Origin: Mobula birostris | Taxonomy: Eukaryota | NCBI RefSeq assembly: GCF_030028105.1 | Contig: NC_092376.1 | Location: forward strand, 178,846,080 to 178,910,079 | Length of the DNA stretch: 64,000 bases | Direction of reading: 5' to 3' | Shown here: positions 1 to 12,758 of the stretch, one piece after another | Layout: each line of letters starts with the position of its first letter | Numbering within the stretch: position 1 is the stretch's first letter | The notes under the pieces: model-generated | Database searches by the model: none | Told to the model about the DNA's origin: nothing | What the model saw: the letters and a program-made list of their open reading frames with translations, nothing else | Made by a program: the position numbers and the translations under genes

Positions 1-3000
1 AGCAACATATCATTCTGATTTTGAGCTCTAATACTGGTCCAATAAAGCCAAACACATCAACCTTAACGTCTTGCAAATATGGACTTTGACCACAAGATCT
101 TTATTAACTCACTATTAACGACCCCGTCATCCATGTAGTGTCCTTCCCTGCACTAAGCCTTAAGGATTTTTCACCATCCAAGTCATGCCCGCTTATCATT
201 ACTACCAACCAGGAAAAGGTAAACGAGCCGAAAGGAGCTATAAAGGAGCTATAGGCAGATCGTCACAGCGGGGCCTGCGGAGACAGAAGAGTGATTAACA
301 GTCAGGAGAGGAAAGAGCAGGAGTCAAAGGCAAGATAGCAACCCTCTCAGTTAATCCCTTGACAATAAATACTCCTGCTTGAATACTGTTGAGAGAGACG
401 GCCTACCTGGGAGAAGCAACAATGGTCGCAACTCTAGCAAAGAGCGTTGCCCTGTGGCTCAGAAGAGCAAGAAAGGAAGAAGATGGCAGTAGTGATAGGG
501 GAATCTATACTCAGGGGGTCAGACGGGCAATTCTGTGGACGCAGAAAAGAAACGCGGATGATAGTTTGTCTCCCAGGTGCCAGCGTCTGCGAAGATTCTG
601 ATCGTGTCAACGATATCTGGAAGTGGGAACGTGAATAGCCGGATGTCGTGATACATATTGGTACCAACGACGTAGGCAGGAAAAGGGAAGCAGACTACAG
701 GGAGTTAGGAAGGATATTGAGAAGAATGACCACAAATGTAGTCATCTCGGGATTACCGCCTGTGCTACGTGACAGTGAGCATAGGAATAGAATGAAGTGG
801 AGGATAAATGCGTGGCTGAGAGATTGGTGCAGGGATTGGGGGCAGGGATTCAGATTTTTGGATCATTGGGACCTCTTTTGGGGCAGGTGTGACCTGCACA
901 AAAAGGACGGGTTGTGTTAAATCCCAGGGGAACCAATATCCTGGCGGGGATGTTTGCTAAGACGACTGGGGAGAGTTTAAACTGGAATTGCCTGGGAGTG
1001 TGAACCGAACAGATGTGACGGAGGAAAGGGAGGTTGGCTCACAAGTAGGGAAAGCTTGGAGACAGTGCGAAAGGGAGGATAGGTAGGTGATAGAGAAGGG
1101 ACGCGCACAGACCGTTGGTTTGCGATGTGTCTATTTAAATGCGAAGAGTATTATAAACAAAGCGGATGAGCTTAGAGCGTAGATCAGCGCTTGCATCTGT
1201 GATGTTGTGGCCATTAGAGAGACATGGATGGTGCAGGGATAGGAATGGTTACTTCAAGTGCTAGGCTCTAGATATTTCATAAAAGGACAGGTAGGGAGGT
1301 AAAATAGGTGGCGCGTGGCATTGTTGATCAGAGATAGTGCCACGGCTGCAGAAAAGGAGGAAGTCATGGAATGATTGAGTACGGAGTCTCTGTGGGTGGA
1401 AGTTAGGAATCTGAAGGGGACAATAACCATACTGGGTATTTTTTTTAGACCACCCAATAGTAACAGGGCCATCGAGGAGCAGACAGGGAGACAGATACTG
1501 CAAACGTGTAATAATAACAAGGTTATTGTGGTGGGGGATTTTAATTTCCCAGATACTGATTGGCATCTCCCTAGAGTGAGGGGTTTAGATCGGTTGGAGC
1601 TTGTTAGGTGTGTTCAGGAAGGTTACTTGACACGATATATAGATAAGCCTACAAGACGAGAGTCTGTACTTGATCTAGTATTTGGAAATGATCCTGGTCA
1701 GGTGTCAGGTCGGTCAGTGGGAGAGCATTTTGGAGAAAAGTGATCACAATTCTATCTCCTTTACCATAACATTGGAGAAGGATAGGAACAGAGGAGTTAG
1801 GGAAACGTTTAATTGAAGTAAGAAGAAATATGAGGCTATCAGGGAGGAACTTGGATGCATAAATTGGAAACAGATGTTCTCAAGGAAACCTACCGAAGAA
1901 TTGTGGCAAACGTTCAGGGGATGTTTGCGTGGGGTTCTGCATAGGTACATTCCAATGAAACAAGGAAAGGATGGTAGGGTACAAGAACCGTGGTGTACAA
2001 ATGCTATTGTAAATCTAGTCAAGATGAAAATACCTTAAGAAAGGTTCAAAAAAATAGGTGATGATAGAGATGTAGAAGAATATAAGGCTAGCAAGAAGGA
2101 GCTTAGGAATGAAATTAGGAGAGCCAGAAGGGGCCATGACAAGGCCTTGCCGGACACGAGTAAGGAAAATTCCAAGGTATTCTACAAGTATGTGAACGGT
2201 AAGAGGATACAACATGAGAGAATAGGACCATTCAAGTGTGACAGTGGAAAAGTGTGTATGGAACCGGAGGAGATGACAGAGGTACTTAAGTGAATACTTT
2301 GCTTCAGTATTCACTACGGAAAAGGATCTTGACGATTGGAAGGATGACTGGCAGCCGACGGAAAAGCTTGAGCATATAGATATGTTCAAGGGGATGCGCT
2401 GCAGCGTTTGGAAATCATCAAGTTGGATAAGTCACTGGGACCGGACGGGATGTTCCCCAGGCTACTATGGGAAGCGAGGGAGGAGATCGACGAGCCTCTG
2501 GTGATGATCTTTGCATCGTCAATGAGGACGGCAGAGGTTCTGGAGTATTAGAGGGCTGCGGATGTCTTTCCCTTATTCAAGAAAGTGAGTAGAGATAGCC
2601 CAGTAAATTGTAGGCCAGTGAGTCCTACTTCAGTGGTTGGTAAGTTGATGGAGAGGATCCTGAGAGACAGGACTTATGAACATTAGGAGAGGCATAACAT
2701 GATTAGGAATAGTCAGCATGGCTTTGTCAAAGGCAGGTCGTACCTTACGAGCCTGATTGAATTTTTTGAGGATGTGACGAAACACGTTGATGAAGGTAGA
2801 ACAGTAAATGCACTGTATATGGATTTCAGCAAGGCATTTGATAAGGTACCCCATGCAAGGCTTATTGAGAAAGTAAGGAGGCATGATATCCATCGGGACA
2901 TTGCTTTGTGGATCCTGAATTGGCTTTCCCACAGAAGGCAAAGAGAGGTTGTAGATGGGACATATTCTGCATGGAGGTTGGTGACCAGTATTTTGCCTCA

Positions 3001-3756
3001 GGAATCTATTCTGAGACCCCTACTCTTCGTGATTTGTATAAAGGATCTGGATGAAGAAGTGGAGGGATGGGTTAGTAAATTTGCTGATGACACAGAGGTT
3101 GGGGTTTTTTTAGATAGTGTGGATGGCTGACAGATGTTACAGCGGGATATTGATAGGATGCAAAACGGGGCGGAGAAGGGGCTGATGGATTTTAACCCAG
3201 ATAAGTGTGAGCTGGTTCATTTTGGTAGGTCAAATATTATAACACATTATTGCATTAATGGTAAGACTTTTAGCAGTTTGGAGGATCAGAGGGATCTTGG
3301 GGTTCGAGTTCACAGGACACTCAAAGCTACTTGCAGGTTGACTCTGTGGTTAAAAATGCATACGGTGCTTTGGCCTTCATCAGTAGTGGGATTGAGTTTA
3401 AGAGCCGAGAGGTAATATTGCAGCTATATAGGACCCTGGTGAGACCCCACTTGGAGTACTGTGCTCAGTTATGGTCGCATCACTGCAGGAAGGACGTGAA
3501 AACCATAGAAAAGGGTGCCGAGGAGATTTACATGAATGTGACCCGCATTGGGAAGCATGTGTTATGAGAATGAGCTGAGTGAGCTCAGCTTTTTCTCCTT
3601 GGAGGGACGAAGGATGAGAGGTGACCTGATAGAGGTGTGCAAGATAATGAGAGGCATTGATCGTGCGGATAGTCAGAGACTTTTTCTCAGGGTTGAGATG
3701 GCTAGAACGAGAGGACACAGTTTTAAGGTGCTTGGAAGTAGATACAGGGTCGATGG

Positions 3757-5868
3757 CATAGAAACATAGAAACACAGAAAACCTACAGCACAATACAGGA
3801 CCTTTGGCCCATAGTGTTGTGCCGAACATGTTCCTACCTTAGAAATTACTAGGCTTACCTACAGACTTCTATTTTACTAAGCTCCATATACCTATCTAAA
3901 AGTCTCTTAAAAGACCCTATTGTATCCGCCACCACCACCGTTGCCGGCAGCCCATTCGACGAACTCACCACTCTCTGAGTAAAGAACTTACCCCTGACAT
4001 CTCCTCTGTACCTGCTCCCCATCACTACAATTCTGTTATTATTACAACTTCCCTGGATCTGTTTCGCTATCTGCTCCTCGATATCCCTGTGAATATTGGG
4101 CAGCGTATATAAAAAAAAAAAAACTGTAAAGTTATAGCCCCCTTCTTGTTCCTAACCTCCGCCAACAGAGGCTCTGTTGACAATCCCTCCGTAGGGTCCA
4201 CCTTTCCTACAGCCGTGACACTATCTCTGATCAACAGTGCCACGCCCCCTTCTCTTTTGCCTCCTTCCCTGTCCTTTCTGTAATGGCCACCACATCATGT
4301 CTCCTAGTACTGATCTACGCTCTAAGCTCATTCGCTTTGCTCACAACACTCCTTTCGTTAAAATAGACGCATCTCAAACCTTCAGTCGGAGCTCGTCCCT
4401 TGTCTATCACCTGTCTATCCTCCTTCTCGCACTGTCTGCAAACTTCCTCTATTTGTGAGCCAACCTCCTCTTCCCCAATTGTTTGAGGGAGGGTACCGAA
4501 CTGAAGAATTTTCAGTTTAAAATCTCCCCAGTTGCCTTAGCAAACCTTCCTTCCAGGATATTGGTCTCCCTGGGATTCAAGTGCAACCCATCCTTTTTGT
4601 GTAGGTCACAACTGCCCCAGAAGAGGTCCCAATGATCCAGGAATCTGAATCCTTACCTCCTGCTTCAATCCCGCAGCCACGCATTTATCCTCCACGTCAT
4701 TCTATTCCTATTCTCACTGTATCATGGTACAGGCAGTAATCCGGAGATTACTACCTTTGCGGTCCTGTTTCTCAACTTCCTTCCTAAATCCCTGTAGTCT
4801 TTTTTCAGGACCTCTTCCCTTTTCCTACCTATGTCATTTGTACCAATATGTACCACGACATCTGGATGTTCTCTCTCTCTCTCTCTGCAGGATATCTTGG
4901 ACGCTATCTAAAACATCCCGGACCTTGGCACCTCGGAGGAAACCTACAATCCGCGTTTCTTTCCTGCATCCACAGAATCGTCTGTCTGACCCCCTAACTA
5001 TAGAGTCCCTTATCACTGCTGCTATCCTCTTCGTTTCCCTACCTTTCTAAGCCACAGGGCCAGACTCTGTGCCAGACAGACGGTCACTTTCGCTTCCCCC
5101 AGGTAGGCTGTTCTCTCCAACAGTACTCAAACCAGAGTACTTATTGTCAAGGGGTACAGCCGCAGAGGTACTCTCTAGTACCTGACTCTTCCCCTTTCCC
5201 TCCTGACTGTTACCCACTTGTCTGTCTCCTGTGTGACCACCAGCATATAACTCCTTTCTATCACCTCTTCGCTTTCCCTGACCAAGAGAAGGTCTCGAGC
5301 TGCAGCTCCAGTTCCCTATCTAGGTCCCTTAGGAACTGCAGCTCGACATACCTGGTGGGGATATGGCCGCCTGGGAGGCAGGGAGACTCCAGGACCTCCC
5401 AACTCTGGCACCGAGCACAGAAAACTGGCCTCACACTCATAGTACTTCCTTTCCGCAATTAACACAGGCAAACCTACTTCTCCTCTTCCCGTTACTGCCT
5501 AAGCCAGTTGAGCCAAAGCGCTATCACTCTGCCGCCTCTCACGCCGCTGCCCGCGGGATATGGCGGTCTTTTTTTAAACATTTCGCGCTCTACTAGATGA
5601 CGTCACGCACCTGCGCAGTCTCAGCTCTCTTTTACACCAAGTAGTAAATAATTCCCTACGCTCCGAAAAAATCAGCCGTTTACTCGCAGCCTTCTTGCTC
5701 CGAATCAAAAACCGTTGAAGATTCCTTGCCTTTTTAAACCTTTCGCACTCTACTGGCTGACGTCACGCGCCTGCGCAGTCTCGCCTCCCTTTTACCCGAG
5801 TAGTGAATAACTCCCTTCGCTCCGAAAAATCAGCTGTGCACTCGCAACCTTCTTGCTCCGAATCAAAA
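3757..5868 (-). mobile_element. Internally deleted CR1 LINE nested in the element above
   Basis: (CATAGAAA)n tail at 3757-3780 and CR1 3' end to ~4025, joined directly to endonuclease and ORF1 sequence (IRDSIVRGSDRRFCG; zinc-finger-like CARCQSWE...ELQFLRD) and a 5' UTR ending at 5868. Confidence 0.85.
5571..5868 (-). repeat. Two ~160-bp tandem monomers at the CR1 5' end, each with a CRE and an NRF1-like motif
   Basis: Units start at 5571 and 5731 (TTTTTAAAC...CCGAATCAAAA). TGACGTCA occurs at 5598-5605 and 5758-5765, each followed by CGC(A/G)CCTGCGCA. Confidence 0.8.
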
Positions 5869-6295
5869 TGTCAGGGGTAACTTTTTTTGCGCTGAGAGTG
5901 GTGAGTGCGTGGAATGGGCTGCCGGCGGTGGTGGTGGAGGCTCCTCGATAGGTCCATGGAGCTTGGAAAAATAGAGGGCTGTGGTTAAACCTAGATGGTT
6001 CGAAGGTAAGGACATGTTCGGCACAGCTCTGTGAGCCGAAAGATCCAGAATTGCGCTGTGGGTGTTCTATGTTCTAAAGACGTACATACAATGTTTTAGT
6101 TAAAGATTCGTTCTGCACTGTCATCAGATTTCTGAATGGTCCCAGAACCTATTAACACTACCTCACTAATTTGCTCTTTTTGTAATAATTTATTGTTTTA
6201 TGTTTCTTATTGTACTTTAGAGTAACATATTCACGTTTTGCACTGTACTGCTGCAACAAAACAAAATAAAAAAGACTTATCAGTGATACTAACTG

Positions 6296-7620
6296 TGACT
6301 GGTGCCCTGTCGCACTCACCTCAAAAATAAACAAATGCTTTGAGAGGCTGGTCAAGGACTACATCTGCAGCTTGATACCATCCACACTGGACCCACTACT
6401 ATTTTCCTAGCGCACAACTGATCGACAGATGACGCAATATCTACAGCTCTACATACCGTCCTTACACATTTGAAGAAGAGGAATGCTTAAGTAAGAATGC
6501 TGTTCCTGGACTACAGCTCAGCATTCAACATCATAATTCCCGTTACGCTCGACAAGTTCAGAGACCTTGGACTTCACCGTGTCTTTTGTATATGGATACT
6601 GGACTTCCTGTCAGATCGCCGGCAGATGGTAAGAGCTGGCTCCCTCACCTCTGGCCCTCTGACCCTGAACACAGGTGCCCCCCAGGGCTGTGTACTAAGC
6701 CCCTTCTTTTACTCTCTGTATACCCATGACCGTGTCGCCACCCACAGCTTCAATCTGCTAATTCAATTTGCTGACGACACTACGCTGATTGGCCTAATCT
6801 CAAATAATAATGAGGCAGCCCTCTGAGAAGAAGTCATCACCGTGGCAACGTGGTGTCAAAAAATCAACCCCTCCCTCAATGTTGCAAAAACAAAGGAGCT
6901 GTATGTGGATTACAAGGGGAATGGAGACTGACTAACCGCTATTGACATGGGTGGATCTGGGGTTGAGAGGGTGAACAACTTGATGATCCTCGGCATAAAC
7001 ATCACCGAGGATCTCACGTCGTCTCTACATACCGGCTGTGTGATCAAAAAGGCACAACAGCACCTCTTACACCTCAGACGGTTGAAGAAGTAAGGTATGG
7101 GCCCCCAAATTCTAAGTACTCTCTAAGGGGCACAATTGAGAGCATTCTGACTGGCTAAATTACTGCCTGGTATGGGAACTGTATTTCCCTCAATCGCAGG
7201 ACTCTGCAGAAAGTGATGCAGACACCCCAGCGCATCTGTAGATGTGAACTTCCCACTATTCAGTATATTTATAAACACAGCTGTTTAAGAAGTGCCCGAA
7301 GGATCATTAGGGATACGAGTCACCCTAACCACAAACTGCTACAGCTGCTATCTTCCGGGAAACTCTACGGCAGCATAAAAGTCAGGACCAACAGGCTCCG
7401 GGACAGCTTCCTTCACCAGGCCATCAGACTGATTAACTCATGCTGACACAACTGTATTTCTGTGTTATATTGACTATCCTGTTGTACATATTATTTATTA
7501 CAATTTACTATAAAAATTGCACATTACACGTTCAGACTGAGACATAACATAAAGGTTTTTACTCTTCATGTATATGAAGGAAGTGAATAACAAGGTCAAT
7601 TCAATTAAATTCTATTCAAT
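6296..7620 (+). mobile_element. 5'-truncated Rex1/Babar-type LINE (RT to 3' end)
   Basis: [60 protein letters not shown]; (TCAAT)-like tail at ~7597-7620. Confidence 0.85.
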
Positions 7621-7659
7621 AATCTTGCATCTGATACTGATTCTTATCATCAGGCAAGT

Positions 7660-8125
7660 CCACACTGCAATAGGTAGAGGGACTTCCACTTACTTTTACA
7701 AACCATTATGGATTTTTATTTCACATGATAAATTTTCAATTTCATTTACCGTGTGGGCAAGAATGCCTGCGTCTACCTTAAAAGGCCTTGGACATGGTCC
7801 TGTATGCTAAGCTCGTATGGCAGGTTACATCACATGGGATTCAAGCTGAGCTAATCAGATGTACACTAAATTGACTAGATGAAGGTGTTAGAAAGCGGCA
7901 ACGAAGGTTCTTTATTCAGACTGAAGACCTATTACAAATGGTCTGCAATAGACTAAAGTACTGGGTTCGTTGTTGTTTGTTATTTATATTAACGGTGTAT
8001 AGATTAGTGTTGCTAATGCATTTTAAAGTTTCCCGAGAACATAAGAATTGTTAGTGCAGAATGAAGAAGTTTATCTAAGAACAGCTTAGTAGGTATAAGT
8101 AGGGCAAGAAAATGCAAATTATAGT
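7660..8125 (+). mobile_element. Ancient CR1 RT remnant shared with the region upstream of gene 3
   Basis: Degenerate AFDKVPH / GSVLGP-like DNA, colinear with 57870-58260 and 58690-58770. Confidence 0.6.
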
Positions 8126-8130
8126 ACTCA

Positions 8131-8727
8131 GAGTCATAGTCATAGTCATACTTTATTGATCCGGGGGGAAATTGGTTTTCGTTACAGTTGCACCATAAAT
8201 AATAAATAGTAATAGAACCATAAGTAGTTAAATAGTAATATGTAAATTATGCCAGTCAATTATGAAATAAGTCCAGGACCAGCCTATTGGCTCAGGGTGT
8301 CTGACCCTCCGAAGGAGAAGTTGTAAAGTTTGATGGCCACAGGCAGGAATGACTTCCTATGACTCTCTGTGTTGCATCTCGGTGGAATGAGTCTCTGGCT
8401 GAATGTACGCCTGTGCCCACCCAGTGCATTATGTAGTGGATGGGAGACAGTGTCCAAGATGTCATCCAACTTGGACGGCATCCTCTTTTCAGACACCACC
8501 GTCAGAGAATCCAGTTCCATCCTCACAACATCACTGGCCTTACGAATGAGTTTGTTGATCCTGTTGGTGTCTGCTACTCTCAGCCTGCTGCCGCAGCACA
8601 GAACAGCAAACATGATAGCACTGGCCACCACAGACTCGTAGAACATCTTCAGCATCGTCCGGCAGATGTTAAAGGACCTCGGCCTCCTCAGGAAATAGAG
8701 ACGGCTCTGACCCTTCTTGCAGACAGC
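8131..8727 (-). mobile_element. 3' fragment of a Rex1/Babar-like LINE
   Basis: KKGQSRLYFLRR..FNIC..FYESVVASAI..HPLH..RKSFLPVAIKLYN; (CTATGA)n tail at ~8133-8150. Confidence 0.8.
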
Positions 8728-10960
8728 CTTTACACCACGGTTCCTGTACGCTATCATCCTCTCCCTGTCCCATTGGTACGTACCTACGCAGAACGCCACA
8801 TAAATATCCCCTGAACATTTGCCACATTTCTGCCGTACATTTCCCTGAGAACATCTGCTTCCAATTTATGCTACCAAGTTCCTGCCTGATAGCTCCTTAT
8901 TTCCCCTTACTCCAAGTAAACGCTGTCCTAACATATCTGTCCCTGTTCCTCTCTAATGCTATGGTAAAGGAGAAAGAATTGTGATCACTATCTCCAGAAT
9001 TCTCTCCCACTAAGTGACCTGACAGCTAATCAGGTTCATTTCCCAATACTGGAACAATTACAGCCTCTCCTCTTGGAGGCCTATCTACAAACTGTGTCAG
9101 GAAACCTTCCTGAAAATACCTAACAAAGTCTGCCCCATCTAAAGCCCTTGCTCTACGGAGATGCCAATCGATATTTGGGAAATTAAAATCTCCCACCACG
9201 ACAACCCCGTTATTATTACACCTTTGCACATTTATCTTCTCCTCGATGTCCCTGTTACTACTGAGTAGTCTATAAAAACACCTAGTAGAGTTATTGACTT
9301 TTCTGTTTCTAATTTCCACCCACAGAGAATGAGTTGACAATCCCGCCGTGACTTCATCCTTTTATGGAGCCTTGACGTTATCCGTGATCACCAGTGCCAC
9401 GCCCCACCCCGTTTGCCTCCCTCATTGTCCTTTCTGAAACATCTAAAGCCTGGCACTCGAAGTAATCATTAATGCCCCTGAGCCATCAAGTCTCTGTAAT
9501 GGCCACAACATCATAGTTCCAAGTACTTATCCACGCTCTAAGCTAATCGGCTTTGTCAATAATACTCCTTGCAGTAAAATAAACACATCTGAAGCCATCG
9601 GTGTGAGCGCGTTCCTCTTCTATCACCTGCCTATCCCCCCTCTCGCACTGTCTCCAAGCTTTCTCTTTTTGAGAGCCAACCTTCTCTTCCTTCGTCAGTT
9701 CAGTGCCGTTCCCACTTCCCAGCAAGTCCAGTTTAAACCATCCCCAATAGCGCTTGCAAAACTCCCCGCCCGGATATTTCTCCCATTGGGATTCACGTGG
9801 AACCCGTCCCTTTTGTGCACGTTACACCTGCCCCAGAAGAGGTCCCGATAATCCAGAAATCTAAATCTGTGTCCTCTGCTCCAATCTCTCGGCCAGGTAT
9901 TTATCCTCCGCCGCATTCTATTCCTATACTCACTGTCACGTGGGTCAGGCAGAAATCGCGAGGTTACTCCTTTTGTGGTCCTGCTTCTGAACTTCCTCCT
10001 AACTCCCTATAGGCTGTTTTCAGGGAGTCATCCATGTACTACCTATGTCATTAGCACCAATATGTACCACGGCCCCTGGCTGTTCTCCTTCTCACTTCAG
10101 GATATCGTGGACGCGATCAGAAACATCCTGGACCCTGGCACTTGGGAGGCAAACTGACATCCATGTTTCTTTCCTGCGTCCGGAGAATCTCTTGTCTGAC
10201 CCCCTAACTACAGAGTCCCCTATCACTGCTGTCATATCTTCCTTTCCCTACTCCTACTGAGCCACAGGGACAGACTCTGTGCCAAAGGCGCGGCCACTGT
10301 TGCTTCCCCCAGGTAGGCCATCTCCTCCAACAGTAATCAAACAGGAGCACTTATTGTTAAAAGGGACAGCCACTGGGGTACACGCTAGTATCTGCCTCTT
10401 GCCCTTCCCTCTCCTGACTGTTACCCACTTATCTGTCTCCTGAGGCCGCGCTGTGACTATATGTCTATAGCTCATCTCTATCACCTCCACACTTTCCCTT
10501 ACCAGGCGAAGGTCAACGATCTGCATCTCCTGTTCCCTAACTCAGTCCCTAAGGAGCAGCAGCTCGACGCCCTGGCGCAGGTGTGGCCGTCCGGGATGCT
10601 GGAGTCTCCCGAACTTCCCACATCTGACACCGAGTACAGAACACAGGCCTCACACATATACTTCCTGTCTACATTCTACGCAGTTAACCTACCTCGCCTC
10701 GACCCGTTATCGCCGAAGCCCCGTTGAGCCAAAGGTTTCCTACTCTGTCTCTCTCTACTCTAGAAGGTTGACTCTATAAGGCTGTCTCCTTTTAAACTCT
10801 TCTCGCTTTTCTTAGAGGCTGAAGGCCACGCGCTTACGTTGACGTGCCTCGATCAAACCGCCGAAGAAATAACCATCTCCTTTTAAATTCTTCTTGCTGT
10901 TTTCATTGACTGACGTCCATACGCCTGCAGTTGTGCCCCGGTCAAACCGCTGAAGAAATA
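8728..10960 (-). mobile_element. CR1 LINE 5' part (5' UTR, ORF1 esterase, endonuclease)
   Basis: RDGFHVN, FRCVYFTARSIIDKAD, VVGDFNFPNIDW; ~90-bp tandem unit at ~10785-10960. Confidence 0.85.
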
Positions 10961-11432
10961 ATGTACAAGGATGCTTCCTGGATTGGTGAGCATGGTGTAT
11001 GAGAATAGGTTGAGTGAACTTGGCCTTTTCTTCTTGGAGCGACGGAGGATGAGGGATGATGTGATAGAGGTGTATACGACGATGAGAGGCATCGATCAAG
11101 TGCATAGTAAGAGGCATTTTCGAAGGGCTGAATTGGCTATCACGAGAGGGCTCAGTTTTAAGGTGCTTGGAAGTACGTACAGAGGAGATGTCAGGGGTAA
11201 GACTTTGACGTAGAGAGTGGTGAGTGCGTGGAATGGGCTACCGGCGATGGTGGTGGAGAAGTACACGGTAGGGTCTTTTAAGAGACTTCTGGATAGGTAC
11301 ACGGAGCTTAGAAAAATAGTGGGCTATCGGTAACCCTAGGTGATTTCTATAGTAAGTACTTGTTTGGCACAGCATTGTGGGCTGAAAAACCTGTATTGTG
11401 CTTTAGTTTTTCTATGATTCTATGTTTCTATG
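10961..11432 (+). mobile_element. CR1 3' fragment
   Basis: YENRLSELGLFFLERRRMRDD; (TTTCTATG)n tail. Confidence 0.9.
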
Positions 11433-12409
11433 AAGCAAATGTGTACGTTATACTGCAGAAGCGATAGGTTAACGACCTCATGTACACTCCAGCCAGCTGA
11501 TCAAAAACACAGGTGCTTAGTACTTTGCCAAGTACCGCGACTAGTCTGGATGCTATTCATGGGTTCGCCCTCGAAGTATACAACTAGGCTTATACAACAG
11601 TATTTATGTTTCTCCAGAAAGCCACAATACTGAATAACAACATAACAGTGCGAAGCTTCCAAACATTTGGAAATCAGTGCGCTTGGCTATGCCTGTACCT
11701 CATGTTTTACCATCTTGAGCCGAGAAAAGAAATAACGACAAACTCTAGTTGCGCGTATAGGGACTTATATGTAGATTTTATTTTGTTACTCCCGCTAACT
11801 ATATGATTTTCAGACTCCAACATGCGCCTTTGCCACCAAGTAGTATTTTTCCTATATAACACTGGACAGCATATTTTTCACAACGGGTACTTCTTCAGAA
11901 TTTATTTGGTTTATGTTAGACTGCTTGATGCTGAACATCATCAAAATGTTCATACTTCTTTTATCACAGAAATAATGCGTATTGCATAACGGTGCTGACG
12001 GTTTACGATAGTTCAACTGAGATAAATTCCATAAGGTACGCCCCAAAATATCCAGGAAGAAAATCCTTGTTTTCCAGTGCAATATATATTGAACAATATT
12101 ATTAGTCTGGGAGAGTGGAATGCTCCAATGCAATGGTTTTCCCTCTTAAAAGAAACACCTTTCTGCGCAGTTTCTTCCTGCAGTTCACATCACAGTGCAA
12201 TTGCAGCAATCTGTCATGGTGGGACACAAGGGACAACAAACGATTAAACTCACTGGATCATATAAATGCTGATGCGTCTTATCTCTTCCACTTTGCACTC
12301 TGAGTGAATGCGAATGTTGTGCTAAATTTAAGACCAAAATGTTATCTTAATGCTGGTGTCATGACTTACGGAGATATCTGCTGAAAATAATACCAAATGA
12401 GTCATCTTC

Positions 12410-12582
12410 TCAACAACTGCATTTTATGGTTGTACAATGTTAAATACTTAGGACGACAATGCAGCTTTAAGAGCAGCAGTTGTAATTGTCGAAAAGAACT
12501 GGTTGTGTCGCTGTCTACCAATGAGAAGCTGCAGTATACTGATAGATCCATTGCCCCTCCTTCACTCGGAATAAAAGGACAG
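12410..12582 (+). promoter_or_regulatory. Protocadherin gene 1 promoter: conserved sequence element (CGCT core, putative CTCF site), CCAAT and TATA-like box
   Basis: 48-bp block 12480-12527 is identical to 35022-35069. CGCT at 12509-12512 lies 250 bp before the ATG; CCAAT at 12518; GATCCATTGCCCCTCC at 12545; GAATAAAAGGA at ~12569. Confidence 0.85.
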
Positions 12583-12758
12583 AGGCGACTGAAAACACGA
12601 TCCTTACGTGCGTTTTAACTATGGAGTCAGGATGATGCAGAAAAAATATCCTGCCTGTATAGATTCGGTCCTTATCTGCATGTGTCTGCATTTTGTCGTT
12701 CGGAGGGTCTAGCCGATAAATCGAGGCCTGGTTTCGCAAATTAACTGCATACGTAACA

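Larger units (their letters stand above)
335..6075 (+). mobile_element. Near full-length decayed CR1 LINE (ORF1 SGNH esterase, ORF2 APE endonuclease + RT), split by a nested CR1 at 3757-5868
   Basis: ORF fragments VVIGESILRGSD, IHIGTNDVGR, VGDFNFPD, LDLVF, YMDFSKAFDKVPH, SKFADD, LVRPHLEYC with many stops and frameshifts. The 3' end breaks at ...GATACAGGGTCGATG (3755) and resumes at TGTCAGGGGTAA (5869), ending in a TTCTATG-type tail near 6075. Confidence 0.9.

Noticed and set aside
447-920. SGNH/GDSL esterase-like ORFs (also 23276-23695, 24396-25097) as cellular genes
   Set aside because: They are the ORF1 esterase domain of CR1 LINEs, directly upstream of endonuclease/RT and disrupted.
4026-6075. 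Twin-priming inversion of one CR1 (minus 5' part joined to plus 3' end)
   Set aside because: The plus piece continues the host element broken at 3755 and the minus piece has its own tail, so nesting explains it.
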